This document shows, one piece after another, positions 10,639 through 21,251 of a stretch of 64,000 nucleotides of DNA. Numbering within the stretch: position 1 is the stretch's first letter; each line of letters begins with the position of its first letter. The stretch spans positions 96,001 to 160,000 of the forward strand of contig CAWDXE010000004.1 in assembly GCA_963806185.1 (NCBI GenBank), given 5' to 3'. The position numbers and the translations under genes are program-made. Below the pieces are notes generated by a model. The model saw only the letters and a program-made list of their open reading frames with translations. It ran no database searches and was not told the DNA's origin. Origin of the DNA: an uncultured candidate division Zixibacteria bacterium. Lineage in GTDB: Bacteria; Zixibacteria; MSB-5A5; GN15; FEB-12.

Positions 10639-12199
10639 CGGATTCATCCTCACGCAGGCCAAAAGTGTCATCGCTGACTCCATCGCCATTGAACGCGGCA
10701 TGATCGTCGCCGTCGGCCGCCGCCTCGAGAACGACCCCGTCTTCACGTCATTTTCCCGGTACAATCTGAAAGGGAAGACCGTCATCCCCGGCCTTGTCGA
10801 CGCTCACACCCACTTCTACTACTATGCCCTTTCGCTCGGCCGCGTGTCTTTGCACGGCACGAAATCCATAGCTGAATGCCTCGCGCGTATTAGAACGTTC
10901 TGCAAATCACTCCCCAAAGATGCCTGGGTCGTTGGCGAAGGGTACCGCCCCGATGAATTCACCCCTCGTCGCGAACCCGACCGCCTTCAACTCGATTCCG
11001 TCACCGGCGGCCGCCCCGCTTTCATCTTCTCGAAAGATGAACACACCGCCTGGGTGAACTCGAAAGCGCTCGAACTTGCCGGCATCACCACTCGCACGGC
11101 AGAGCCCGACGGCGGCCAGATCGTTCGTTTCCCCGACCGTTCCCCCAGCGGTCTGCTCCGCGAGGGTCCGGCCTACCTACGCGTTTTCGACCGCATCCCG
11201 CCGGTGCAAAAGAAATCGACCGATCGCCTTTATCAACGCGCGCTTGAAATCGCCTGGCGCAAGGGAGTCACCGGTGTTCATTCGTTCGACGGCCCTGACG
11301 GATTCGCGTATTTCGCCACCCGCGCCGAGAAGCGAAAACTCGGCCTGCGCATCACGCACTATCCCGGTGTGAAACTGCTCCCGGAGCTTCTGAAAACCAA
11401 AACCGTCTTCGGCACAGGCGACGATTTCCTGCGCATCGCCGGAGTCAAAATCTTCGCCGATGGTTCCCTCGGCAGCCAGTCCGCCCTGATGTTTAAGGGG
11501 TATGAAAAAGACAGGAAGAATCGCGGCCTCGAGGTGACCTCCACCGCCACACTTGTTCGTCTCGCCAGACAAGCCGCCCGCCTCGGCCTCCCGTGCGCCG
11601 TTCACGCTATCGGCGATAAGGCGGTTGCTAATGTTCTCGACGCCTTCGCACAGCTTCCGCCGCTCAAGAACGGCGCCCGCCATCGCATCGAACATGTGCA
11701 ATGCATACGCCCTGCCGATATCAAACGAATGAAACAGCTCAACATTATCGCCTCCGTCCAACCGTCACACTGTCCGTCCGACATTAACATGGTCCGCGAA
11801 CACTGGGGCGAACGCGGCCGCAACGCCTACGTCTTCCGCTCGCTTCTCGACGCCGGCATCGACCTCTGCTTTGGCTCCGATGTGCCTATCGAGCCGCTCG
11901 ATCCCTCGGCCGGAATCGCCGCCGCCGTGCGACGCGCCCGCCCCGGCAGCGGCGACCGCTTCTATCCCGAGCAGTCTCTCACCCCCGCTGAAGCTCTCTA
12001 CCGCTTCACCGTCGGCCCGGCGTTGGCGGCAGGTCAAATCAACTCGCACGGCTTTTTGTTGCCCGGTTTCAAAGCCGATCTGGCCATCTTGCCGGATAAT
12101 CCGCTGAAAATCGCCGCCAGTCGGCTCTACACGCTTCCCGTTCTGGCAACCATGCTCGACGGCCGCTTCGTGTACGCCGATTCGTCACTCAAACTGTAG
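10616..12199 (+). CDS. amidohydrolase 3 (YtcJ-like) family protein
   Basis: PGLVDAHTH, WVNSKAL, KIFADGSLGS, HAIGDKA, HRIEHVQ, FGSDVP. Confidence 0.88.
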   Translation: MNRLLLYNGFILTQAKSVIADSIAIERGMIVAVGRRLENDPVFTSFSRYNLKGKTVIPGLVDAHTHFYYYALSLGRVSLHGTKSIAECLARIRTFCKSLPKDAWVVGEGYRPDEFTPRREPDRLQLDSVTGGRPAFIFSKDEHTAWVNSKALELAGITTRTAEPDGGQIVRFPDRSPSGLLREGPAYLRVFDRIPPVQKKSTDRLYQRALEIAWRKGVTGVHSFDGPDGFAYFATRAEKRKLGLRITHYPGVKLLPELLKTKTVFGTGDDFLRIAGVKIFADGSLGSQSALMFKGYEKDRKNRGLEVTSTATLVRLARQAARLGLPCAVHAIGDKAVANVLDAFAQLPPLKNGARHRIEHVQCIRPADIKRMKQLNIIASVQPSHCPSDINMVREHWGERGRNAYVFRSLLDAGIDLCFGSDVPIEPLDPSAGIAAAVRRARPGSGDRFYPEQSLTPAEALYRFTVGPALAAGQINSHGFLLPGFKADLAILPDNPLKIAASRLYTLPVLATMLDGRFVYADSSLKL

Positions 12200-12224
12200 T
12201 CCATACTGGACTGTCCGATTCACG

Positions 12225-12253
12225 TTGACATTGGCGTTGCACCGGATCATATT
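12225..12253 (+). promoter_or_regulatory. sigma70-like promoter of nfeD-stomatin
   Basis: TTGACA, 17 nt, CATATT; GGAG Shine-Dalgarno before ATG 12275. Confidence 0.55.
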
Positions 12254-12274
12254 GTGTGAAAACGGAGTGATGCC

Positions 12275-13625
12275 ATGAAACGAATATTGCTCCTGCTCAC
12301 GCTTTCTCTTTGCCTTATTCTGGGAATTGTATCGTTAACGCTGCAGACGGTGCGAGCCATCGACGACTCGACTAAGTCGACTGATTCCCTGCCGCCCACT
12401 GTCTGGCAGGCCAGCGCCAGCCAACCGGTCTACACGCTGACTATCGACGGCGCGATCGGCGCGGTCACTGACGACCGCATCGGCGAGGCGATTGACAAGG
12501 CTAACGAGAATAACGCGCAGTTGCTGGTGGTCTTCCTTGATACGCCCGGCGGTTTCACCAAACCGACCTGGTCGATTATCAAGAAATTCCTCAACAGCCC
12601 TATTCCCGTGGCGGTCTTTGTCTACCCCTCCGGCGCACGCGCCGGCTCGGCCGGCGTCTATATGACCTACGCCGCCCACTTTGCCGCCATGGCGCCGTCG
12701 ACCAATATCGGCGCCGCCCACCCGGTCGGCGGCGGGGGAGAGAAGATCGATTCGGTGATGAACGAAAAAATCACCAACGACGCCACTGCCCAGATTCGCG
12801 CCTTGGCCGCCAAGCGCAATCGCAACGCCGGCTGGGCCGAACGGGCGGTGCGCCAATCGGTGTCCATCACGAATCAGGAGGCGCTCGACTCCAACGTCAT
12901 CGAATTCATCGCCGTCGATCTCAACGATCTCCTGCGCCAGCTCGAGGGCAAGGAAACCGACGTCCCGGCAGGGAAGAGAGTGCTCAAGACGGTCGGTGCC
13001 CCCGTCGTCAACATCGAGTACAGCTTCAAACACAAACTTCTCGATATCCTCACCTCGCCCGACATCGCCTTCATTCTTTTCTCCATTGGCGGTCTCGGCA
13101 TCGTGCTGGAGCTCTACAACCCCGGCTCGATCTTCCCCGGTGTGATCGGCGCGATCAGCCTGATTCTCGCTTTCTATTCTTTCCAGACATTGCCCATCAA
13201 TTGGGCGGGGGTGGCGCTTATCTTGCTCGCCCTTGTCTTGTTCATTGCAGAGATCAAAATCGTCAGCCACGGTCTGCTCACCGTCGGTGGCGTGATCTCC
13301 TTGTTCTTAGGGGGCCTTATGCTCATCAATTCGGTTGATCCGGTCATGCGCGTCTCGTATTCGGTGCTCATTACCACCGTCGTGCTGATCGGCATCTCCG
13401 TCGGCCTTGCCACCTGGCTGGTGATCAAGGCGTCAAAGCACAAACCGTTCACCGGCCGCAGCGCGCTGATCGGCCGGGTCGCGGAGGTTCGCGCGGGCGG
13501 CTTTGTGTTTGTCGAGGGCGCGCTCTGGAAATACGCCGCCACCGAGCCGCTGTGCTCCGGGCGACAAAGTTGAAATTGTGGATGTGACGGATTTAACATT
13601 AAAGGTGAAGAGGGTGACATCATGA
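12275..13625 (+). CDS. nfeD: NfeD-like membrane-bound serine protease (long form); indel near 13555
   Basis: [27 protein letters not shown] block with PGVIGAI; the OB-fold tail [21 protein letters not shown] continues in another frame and ends at a TGA overlapping the next ATG. Confidence 0.88.
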
Positions 13626-14405
13626 ACGAAGGTGGGAATTTTCTGGCGTTTCCCGTGCTGGCGGTAATCGTCCTGTTTGTGCTGATACTGCTGGTCAATA
13701 TGCTCAAGATTCTCCGCGAGTACGAGCGCGGCGTTATTTTCCGGCTTGGCCGCCTGATCGGCGCCAAGGGGCCGGGGCTGATCATCCTGATCCCGATTGT
13801 CGATAAGATGGTGCGCGTCGATTTGCGTACGATCACCTACGACGTTCCGCCGCAGGATGTGATCACGCGCGACAACGTCTCGGTGAAAGTCAACGCGGTG
13901 GTGTATTTCCAGGTGATCGACGCCAACAAGGCGATCATTTCGGTCGCCAATTTCTTCGAGGCGACGTCGCAGATTGCGCAGACGACCTTGCGCTCGGTGC
14001 TGGGCCAGCTTGAACTCGACGATCTCCTGATGAATCGCGACAAGATCAACGCTCAACTTGCAGACGATCATCGATGCCCAGACCGAGCCGTGGGGTGTGA
14101 AGGTGTCGGTGGTGGAGGTGAAGAATGTCGACTTCACGCCGGAGATGACGCGCGCGATGGCTCGTCAGGCGGAGGCCGAGCGCGAACGTCGTTCGAAGAT
14201 CATTCATGCCGAGGGTGAGGCGCAGGCGGCGACGCGTTTGGCCGAGGCGGCGAATATCATTAGCGCCGCGCCGGGTTCGATGCAGTTGCGTTTCTTGTCG
14301 ACGCTGGTCGAGATTTCCTCGGAGAAGAACTCGACGATTATCTTCCCGGTCCCGATCGACCTGATCGAAACCTTCCGCAAAACGCTGGAAGGGAAGAAGG
14401 AGTAG
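13622..14405 (+). CDS. slipin/stomatin (SPFH) family protein; +1 indel near 14058
   Basis: [34 protein letters not shown] joined to TEPWGVKV and [14 protein letters not shown] in the next frame. Confidence 0.9.
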
Positions 14406-14435
14406 GGGGATTCTGGGGGAATTGGGTAAGGAATT

Positions 14436-14477
14436 GTAGGTCAGGCTTCTATGTCCATTTGATCAAGAAGCCTGACA
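14436..14477. repeat. GTAG-tagged REP-like palindrome (family A)
   Basis: GTAG + GTCAGGCTTCT / AGAAGCCTGAC 11-bp stem; second copy at 36116-36157. Confidence 0.75.
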
Positions 14478-14488
14478 TGGTAGGGGAG

Positions 14489-14517
14489 CTGTGCCGTCAG
14501 GCCCCCGCGCCTGACGG
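14489..14517. repeat. REP-like palindrome (family B)
   Basis: CTGTGCCGTCAGG...CTGACGG; related copy at 34672-34699. Confidence 0.65.
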
Positions 14518-14588
14518 AGGGGGAAGAGCAGGTCAAGCAGCTTTACGCACTGGACTTCTCTCGTAATGATGCGCAAGGGGATTACAGC

Positions 14589-16248
14589 ATGATCGTGCCA
14601 TCACCTCTCATCGATGACATCTTGGCTGCTCAGTGTTTGCCCTTTATCGGAGCCGGCTTCTCGAAAAATGCACAACTTGCGGATGGGAGGCGATTGCCGG
14701 ATTGGAACGAACTTACGCATGCAATAGCGTACGACACTGGGATAGACGAATCACTAGGGGGGCCGGCAGTTGCTGGCGAGTTCGAAAGGCAGTTTGGGCG
14801 CGTTGGTCTTATCGAACGAGTGCGTAGAGAGTTAGACGTAACCAACGCCGAAGTGGGGCAAGCGCACCGAGTATTTGTTGATCTGCCGTTCGATACGATT
14901 TACACAACAAACTTTGACTTGTTGCTCGAGAAAGCCTATGACCAAGTGCACAGGCCCTATCGTAGCTTGGTTGGGAACTTCAGATGCCCTTTCATGCCGG
15001 TCCAACATTCGCAAATATAGTGAAGATGCACGGGGACCTCCGGCATGAAGAGAACATTACCATAACAAAGCAAGATTACGACGATTATTTGAATAAATAC
15101 CCCGTAATATCTACGCATCTTTCAGCCATGCTAATCACGAGAACGGCATTGTTCATCGGCTATGGTTTGTCTGACCACAATTTTAATCAGATTCGCGAAG
15201 TCGTGCATTCGCGGTTGGGCCGGTTTCCAACGAATGGCATATCTTGTGCAGTTTGATGCAAATAGAGATGTCATTGAATCCTCACTCAGCGTTGGAATTC
15301 ATGTGTTGAATCTCAAATCGCGAAAAGGCGCCACAAAGGACAAGTTGCTGGGGGAGTTATTTAGAAAGATTCGTGCGGAATTGGAGGTTCGCGCTGGCAA
15401 ACAACTGCGGCATCTCAAAGCCTGAAGCTTTCGAAAAGGTACCCGAGGAAGTGTTGGAAGAGGCAGCTAAAGAGCCGCAATCCTCAAGTAGTTCAGCCAG
15501 CACCTCGAATGTCTGCTTCGTATTGATGCCATTTGATCCAAAGTATTCGGTGAATATCATGAGTTGATCCGTCCTTGTGTTGAGCGTGCAGGATTGATGG
15601 CATTTCGCGCCGACGAGTATAACCGCCGGTGGCGCGATCCTTGAACAGATTCGGAGCGCAATTCGACAATCGCGGCTAATCATCACCGACTTAACTGGCA
15701 TGAATCCAAACGTCATGTATGAATTGGGAATCGTGCAGTCGCTCGATAAACCGGTGATTATCCTTGCCCAGAACCTAAAGGAGGTCCCCTTTGACGTCCG
15801 TCACATGAGGATAATAGAGTACGACCCGTCGCCAGAGGGATTGGTAAAGGCGCAGGCTGTGCTATCATCTTCAATTCAGTTTACTGTGGGACATGCACAA
15901 CTTGAGGAAGCCAAGAAACTGATAAGTGATAGTCACTTCCGCGCAGCCGTTGCCAGCCTGGGTGTAGTCATGGAGCACGCTCTTCTGCAGCTGGCATTAA
16001 AGAGGCGAGTGCCGAAGAGACGCGTCGATGAACTTGCAGGCACCCGCCTCTCCAGTGGACGGGCAATCGATGTATTGGCCAAAGCTAAGGCGTTAACAGC
16101 GGCGGAAGAGCACGATCTGAAGCAAGCGCTGAGGGTCCGCAATCGCGCCGTCCATGAGTTGGACCCTGTTAGCAAGACCGACGCAGTGCGTTTCCTCAAA
16201 GTTGTTGAGAATCTTGTAACGAAATATTCCGTTTTGCTTGACGATTAG
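14589..16248 (+). CDS. SIR2 + nucleoside 2-deoxyribosyltransferase-like + HEPN fusion protein (several indels); candidate defence gene
   Basis: FIGAGFS, TTNFD, KMHGD, LFIGYGLSD (SIR2_2); CFVLMPF, RADE, DLTGMNPNVMYELG, KPVI, PFDV (NDT-like); RNRAVH (HEPN RxxxxH). Fragments join across single-base indels near 14975, 15225, 15410, 15542 and 15618. Confidence 0.75.
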
Positions 16249-16316
16249 TAGTTGAGGCGACAGTCGCAAGATACCCCCCACTTGCCCCCTCGCCCCAAAT
16301 CCCCCATCTTACCCCC

Positions 16317-17135
16317 ATGTCCTCCTCCGCCGACCAGACCCTCGAACTCCTCTTCCTGATCTGCGCCTCTCTCTTTCCGGCCGTCTTTCTCATCGCCCGC
16401 GCCTGGATGCTCGACAAACACGAACCCGAACCCATCACCGTCGTCGCCAGCGTCGTCATCGTCGGCCTCGTCCTTCCGCTCATCGCCTACTGGCCCGAAA
16501 TGCTCATGTCACGCCTGATCGCCGCCCTGCATCTCTCCACCACCGCCACCGGTTTGCTCGACGCTTTCTTTGTCGCCGGACTCATCGAAGAATTGGCCAA
16601 GCTCGCCCTCTTCATGGCCATGATCTGGCCCAATGCAAATTTCAACGAACCGTTCGACGGCATGATCTACGCTGTCGCCATCGCGATGGGTTTCGCCGGT
16701 CTGGAGAACATTCTCTACGTGATGATCCGCTGGTTCGGCGACGATGCCGCCTCGGCCTGGGCGGTCGTGCAGGCCCGCTCCCTGCTCGCCGTCCCGCAAC
16801 ACGCCATCTGCGGCATGTTCATGGGGTATTTCCTCGGTCTGGCCAAATTCACGACGCACCGCAAGACGCGCCTTCAAATGCTCGCGCTCGCTTTGGTTGT
16901 CCCGTTCCTTTTGCACGGCATCTACGACGCCATTCTGGTCCTCTTCCGCGAACGCGGCACGCTCCTCTGTCTCGTCCTTCTGGCCGTCCAATACTGGATC
17001 GCGCGCAATCTGGCCACCCGCCTGGTCGCCCTCTCGCCGTTCATCCCCACCGGCAAATCCCGCCTCTATGCCCGTGTCGGACGGACCCGCCCAACCGTTT
17101 TTACCACCCGCTACCGCTGGCCCTGGCAGCGGTAA
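16317..17135 (+). CDS. prsW: PrsW family glutamic-type intramembrane protease
   Basis: DKHEPEP, AGLIEELAK, FNEPFDGMIYA, GFAGLENILY, HA, HGIYD. Confidence 0.88.
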   Translation: MSSSADQTLELLFLICASLFPAVFLIARAWMLDKHEPEPITVVASVVIVGLVLPLIAYWPEMLMSRLIAALHLSTTATGLLDAFFVAGLIEELAKLALFMAMIWPNANFNEPFDGMIYAVAIAMGFAGLENILYVMIRWFGDDAASAWAVVQARSLLAVPQHAICGMFMGYFLGLAKFTTHRKTRLQMLALALVVPFLLHGIYDAILVLFRERGTLLCLVLLAVQYWIARNLATRLVALSPFIPTGKSRLYARVGRTRPTVFTTRYRWPWQR

Positions 17136-17250
17136 GGGATGGCCAAAAATCTTCATCCGGCCGTCACTTTTTTGACTCCCTGACAGTTCCTGACTTGAGT
17201 CGCCGGCCCCGCTTGTCGATACTTCGGGTATGTATCTAAAGGAGTCCACC

Positions 17251-17970
17251 ATGACCGTTCCCGGCATCGCGCGGCCCGATTTTACGAAACTGGACCGCCG
17301 CGCCCGCGCCTTCAAGCTGTTGCTGATTGCCGTCATTGTCATGTCGGTCGCATCTCTGTTGTCGACGGCGCTTGAGATCAAGCTCCTGTTCGACGCCAAA
17401 ATCGGCTTGCCGGTGTATGAGACCGAACTGGAGACCAACGATCTGCGGGAACTGGCCGTTGGGGTGATGTATTTCATCACCCTGATTTCCATGTATATCG
17501 CTATGGCCCTCTGGATGTACACTGCCTACGGCAACTTGCACTACCTGACCGGTGAACTCCCCCCGAAAACTCCCCGCATGGCCGCCCTCGCCTTTTTCAT
17601 TCCGCTCTACAATCTCATTAATGTCCCCCGGCGCTTCAAAGAGCTGGCCGAGGAAAGCACGCCGCCTAGCCTGTCACGCTACCTTCAGACCACCAGCCCT
17701 CACATCCATATGAATTGGTTTTACTTTCTTCTGGTCTTAGCCGGTGGTTTGGAACGCGTCGGTTTTCGCCTGCCCGGCAATGATCCAACCATTAGCCAGA
17801 TGCTCACCGGCGATTACCTGGTTGCCAGCTCGGACATTATCACTGCTGTTGCTTGTGTTGCCGGTCTCAGGGGGGTCCGCCAGATCACTCGACTTCAATT
17901 GACCCCTCGTTCCGCTCCAGCCACCAAACCAGCCCAAACACCGCGGTCGATTCCACCGTCGGTCAATTGA
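17251..17970 (+). CDS. DUF4328-like membrane protein
   Basis: Hydrophobic helices, WMYTAYGNL and FFIPLYNL motifs typical of DUF4328; AAGGAG before ATG 17251 (alternative start 17230). Confidence 0.6.
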   Translation: MTVPGIARPDFTKLDRRARAFKLLLIAVIVMSVASLLSTALEIKLLFDAKIGLPVYETELETNDLRELAVGVMYFITLISMYIAMALWMYTAYGNLHYLTGELPPKTPRMAALAFFIPLYNLINVPRRFKELAEESTPPSLSRYLQTTSPHIHMNWFYFLLVLAGGLERVGFRLPGNDPTISQMLTGDYLVASSDIITAVACVAGLRGVRQITRLQLTPRSAPATKPAQTPRSIPPSVN

Positions 17971-18123
17971 AGTTTCGTCTTTCCCTGGCCGGGTCCGCCG
18001 GTCTTCAAATTCCTATCAGATGCGCCCCCATGTCGCCCCAAGCCAAGTCGCAGCGCGACGAGACGCCCGTTCATTGGTCCAACCCGGCCAGCCCCATCAT
18101 CGCCCGCATACCTCCACAATCCG

Positions 18124-18151
18124 GGAACCTCATGCCGCTTGACGTGTTTAA
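18124..18151 (+). promoter_or_regulatory. possible ECF sigma-type promoter
   Basis: GGAACC, 16 nt, GTTTAA upstream of an exported redoxin gene. Confidence 0.3.
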
Positions 18152-18206
18152 AACCAAATATCGCCGCACTCACACGATAACCGGTCCATCACTCGGAGGA
18201 GTATAC

Positions 18207-18857
18207 ATGTCACCGCTTTCCAAAATCACCACTGCCATCTCCGCTTCGGTCCTGATTCTGGCCGCCGCCGCCTTTGCCGGCGATGTCGCCACGACTACCG
18301 CCGAAACTCCGGCCTCGACTGCCGCAGTCGGCAAGAAAGCCCCCGACTTCACCCTCAAGGACACCGACGGCAACACGGTCGCCCTTAGTCAACTGCTCAA
18401 AGCGGGGAAGACCGTCGTCCTCCAGTGGTTCAGCCCCGGCTGTCCGTTTGTAGTTCGTCATTATGAGAAATATCCGACCTTCAACACGCTGTCTTCCGAG
18501 TTTGCCAAGAAGAACGTCGTCTTCATTGGCATCAACTCCGCCAACCCGAGCCACGCCTATTCACAGGGTACGGCCGAACGTCGGAAAGACTGGAAAATCC
18601 AATACCCGGTCCTGATCGATGCTGACGGTATGGTCGGCAAGCTTTATGGCGCCAAGACCACGCCGCATATGTTCATTATTGGCGCCGACGGTACGTTGCT
18701 GTACAACGGTGCGATTGACGATGACCCGCGCGATGAAAAACCGGCCGGCGAAAAAGTCAATTACATCCGTAAGGCGCTCAACGAAATTACCGCCGGCAAA
18801 CCGGTATCGGTTTCTGAAACTCAGCCGTACGGTTGCTCGGTGAAATACGCCCAATGA
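18207..18857 (+). CDS. exported thioredoxin-fold/AhpC-TSA redoxin
   Basis: Signal peptide; VGKKAPDFTLKD, PGCPFV, YGAKTTPHMF, YNGAIDD, YGCSVKY; GGAGG before ATG 18207. Confidence 0.88.
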   Translation: MSPLSKITTAISASVLILAAAAFAGDVATTTAETPASTAAVGKKAPDFTLKDTDGNTVALSQLLKAGKTVVLQWFSPGCPFVVRHYEKYPTFNTLSSEFAKKNVVFIGINSANPSHAYSQGTAERRKDWKIQYPVLIDADGMVGKLYGAKTTPHMFIIGADGTLLYNGAIDDDPRDEKPAGEKVNYIRKALNEITAGKPVSVSETQPYGCSVKYAQ

Positions 18858-19726
18858 CCAGATTCTTCTGGGCGTGTCTGCTATTCGCCAACTCACTCTT
18901 CACCATAGTAGAGACCGCCTCCGGGTCCGATCTCGCATCGGACCCGGTCAAAGCGGAACTGATCTCGTCCGTTGATGCCGTCACACCCGGTCAACCGTTT
19001 TATGTCGGCGTGCGAATAAAAATACAGCCGCACTGGCATGTCTATTGGAAATTCTCGGGCGATGCCGGCCTGCCTACCCGCGTGATCTGGAAACTGCCTG
19101 ATGGCTGGACGGTCGGCCCGCTCGAATGGCCGCTCCCCGAACGGTTCATCGAAAAGGGACCTCTGACCACGTACGGCTATGCCGATTCGGTGATGCTGAC
19201 GGCCACGATCACTCCGCCCGCCAACGCTACCGGCACCGCGTCGCTCTACGCCAAAGTCGATTGGATGGTATGCGAGGAAGCCTGCATCCCCGGCCGGGCG
19301 ACTGTGGCCCTAAATCTTCCCGTGGGAAACGCCCTCGCGGCGAATTCGCCACCCTCGCGCGCGGCGAAACATTTCGAACGCTGGCGCCACCGGCTTCCTG
19401 CGATTGCTGCTGCGGACGAATGGTCGGTGGACGTGAAATCCCTGCCTGATTCCGACGAAAACAACGCCGTTCGCGTGACTTTCTCGATTAAGGGGACAAC
19501 TGCGAATGCCGGTCAGATCGTCGATTGGTTTCCTGCGGCGGCTAAGAATTTTGCGATCAAGAATCTGTCGGTGAAGAAATCTGACGGAATGCTGACTGCG
19601 GAATTTGTGTTCAAGTCATTTGCCGGTCCGATCAAGCCGGGGGAGAGGCTTGAATCACTGGTCATCTCTCAGGACGCCACAGGCACGCGCCGCGCCTCGA
19701 CCCTCATGATCACACTCAATCAATAA
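18854..19726 (+). CDS. DsbD N-terminal (DsbC-like) domain protein
   Basis: HWHVYWKFSGDAGLP, WPLPER, YGY, VCEEACIPG; ATGA overlap with the redoxin gene. Confidence 0.82.
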   Translation: MTRFFWACLLFANSLFTIVETASGSDLASDPVKAELISSVDAVTPGQPFYVGVRIKIQPHWHVYWKFSGDAGLPTRVIWKLPDGWTVGPLEWPLPERFIEKGPLTTYGYADSVMLTATITPPANATGTASLYAKVDWMVCEEACIPGRATVALNLPVGNALAANSPPSRAAKHFERWRHRLPAIAAADEWSVDVKSLPDSDENNAVRVTFSIKGTTANAGQIVDWFPAAAKNFAIKNLSVKKSDGMLTAEFVFKSFAGPIKPGERLESLVISQDATGTRRASTLMITLNQ

Positions 19727-19743
19727 TCTCGCTGTCGCGACGC

Positions 19744-19981
19744 GTCGGGCTGAGCGGAGTCGAAGCCCGATCAAGTGGATCCCCCCTGGCCGCAAGTTCC
19801 GCGGAAATGACCTCGGTGGGAACTCGTGTAAGAGTTGTTCACTGCTCTCTCGATCAAGTGATCGCGAGGCTCGTTTCGAGCCGTGGCGATCTTTCAGTTC
19901 TCTTCTGAAGGAAGAGGCCGTAGCAATCTTTCAGCTTGTAAGGGGATATCCAGTGGCTGGCGTACGTCCCGTGCGCCAGCC
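19744..19981. repeat. cluster of REP-like palindromes between convergent genes
   Basis: GTCGGGCTGAGCGGAGTCGAAGCCCGA; GTGATCGCGAGGCTCGTTTCGAGCCGTGGCGATCT; GGCTGGCGTACGTCCCGTGCGCCAGCC; each has related copies at 30.4 kb and/or 34.6-36.3 kb. Confidence 0.7.
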
Positions 19982-20077
19982 CAAGTGTGCCAGAGGACGC
20001 GGGTGTGACACTCAATCGTTCCACCATGTCCTGCGCCGCTTCTTAGCGGCGTGTGACCTGACGGAAAGAGACCAACT

Positions 20078-21244
20078 CTACTTCGCCTTCAACGACGTCA
20101 CGATATTCATCCGCGACGCCCGCACCGCCGGCAGGAATCCCCCGACAATTCCCATGATTATCGAAAAAATAAGCGCCTGCATGGCTATGCCCGGTGATAT
20201 GGCGAACGAAAACGCGATCTCGGCAAACGTATCGAAATTAGTGGTCGAAATCTCCAGAAACTGAAGCAGTGATGCACTGGCTATTCCTGCTAATCCCCCC
20301 CCCACCGCCAGCGTCATCGCCTCGATCAAAAACGCCGTGAGAATCGCCCCCCGGCCGAAACCCAGCGCCCTGAGCGTCCCAATCTCCACCGTCCGGTTTG
20401 CCACCGCCGCATACATCGTGATCATCGCTCCCACAATCGCTCCCATGGAGAATACCAGCGACACGAACAACCCAAGAACGGTGATGAATGTCGTGAACGA
20501 CGATGATTGCCGACGATAATAATCCTTCTCCTCGTACACGTCGACGGTAAGCCGCCGGTCGCTTTCCAGTCTCTCCTTGAGCGCGGGGAAATCGGACGGG
20601 TCACGCAGCTTCAACGTGATCGACGAGTACACCGGACGTTCGAACGCCGCCATCATCTGGTCGATATCGCCCCAGACCTCCGATTCAAAGCCGGATCCGC
20701 CGCCGTCAAAGATACCCACAATCTCCCATTCGCGCTGGCCGAACTTGATTTTCGATCCCAGCTCCGCCCCGTAAAACGACTTGGGCAGTTGTTTGCCTGC
20801 AATGATCTCCGATGTTCCTGGACGCCACATTCGCCCTTCGATCAGTTTCACCTGTGGCCGCAGGGTCATTGATTCTCCGTTGACGCCGCGTACCGGCACA
20901 TTGGTCGGCTTGTCGCTCCCGCGCTTTACCAGATTGATGAGCACCAGAATCTCGCCCGTCACGAGCGACTTCCCGTCCGCCGACTTCGCGATGGCCGCAT
21001 CGGTTCTCGCGACGTCGAATTGGTCCCGGCCGACAATCGATACGACTTCGGTCGTCGCAGAACGACGCACGATTATGGCATTGTCCGGCTGGCCCGTCTC
21101 AACCAGCGTCTTTTGCAGCCCATACGCCAGCATCAGGACGGCGCAAAAAACAAATACCACCAGTGCGATACCCAAAAGCGTCAGCCCGGCCGTCAACTTG
21201 CGCGCGAATGTATTCTTGAAGGAGTATGTCAACAACTTGAACAT
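20078..21244 (-). CDS. ABC exporter permease (MacB/FtsX-like)
   Basis: RTVEIGTLRALGF, IVGIFDGGGSGFESEVWGD, GGFLPAVRASR. Confidence 0.9.
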   Translation of the reverse strand: MFKLLTYSFKNTFARKLTAGLTLLGIALVVFVFCAVLMLAYGLQKTLVETGQPDNAIIVRRSATTEVVSIVGRDQFDVARTDAAIAKSADGKSLVTGEILVLINLVKRGSDKPTNVPVRGVNGESMTLRPQVKLIEGRMWRPGTSEIIAGKQLPKSFYGAELGSKIKFGQREWEIVGIFDGGGSGFESEVWGDIDQMMAAFERPVYSSITLKLRDPSDFPALKERLESDRRLTVDVYEEKDYYRRQSSSFTTFITVLGLFVSLVFSMGAIVGAMITMYAAVANRTVEIGTLRALGFGRGAILTAFLIEAMTLAVGGGLAGIASASLLQFLEISTTNFDTFAEIAFSFAISPGIAMQALIFSIIMGIVGGFLPAVRASRMNIVTSLKAK

Positions 21245-21251
21245 CCGTACC

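Noticed and set aside
14406..16316. Integron cassette or IS carrying the SIR2 gene
   Set aside because: No attC-like site after the stop codon, no terminal inverted repeats, and no integrase or transposase in the window
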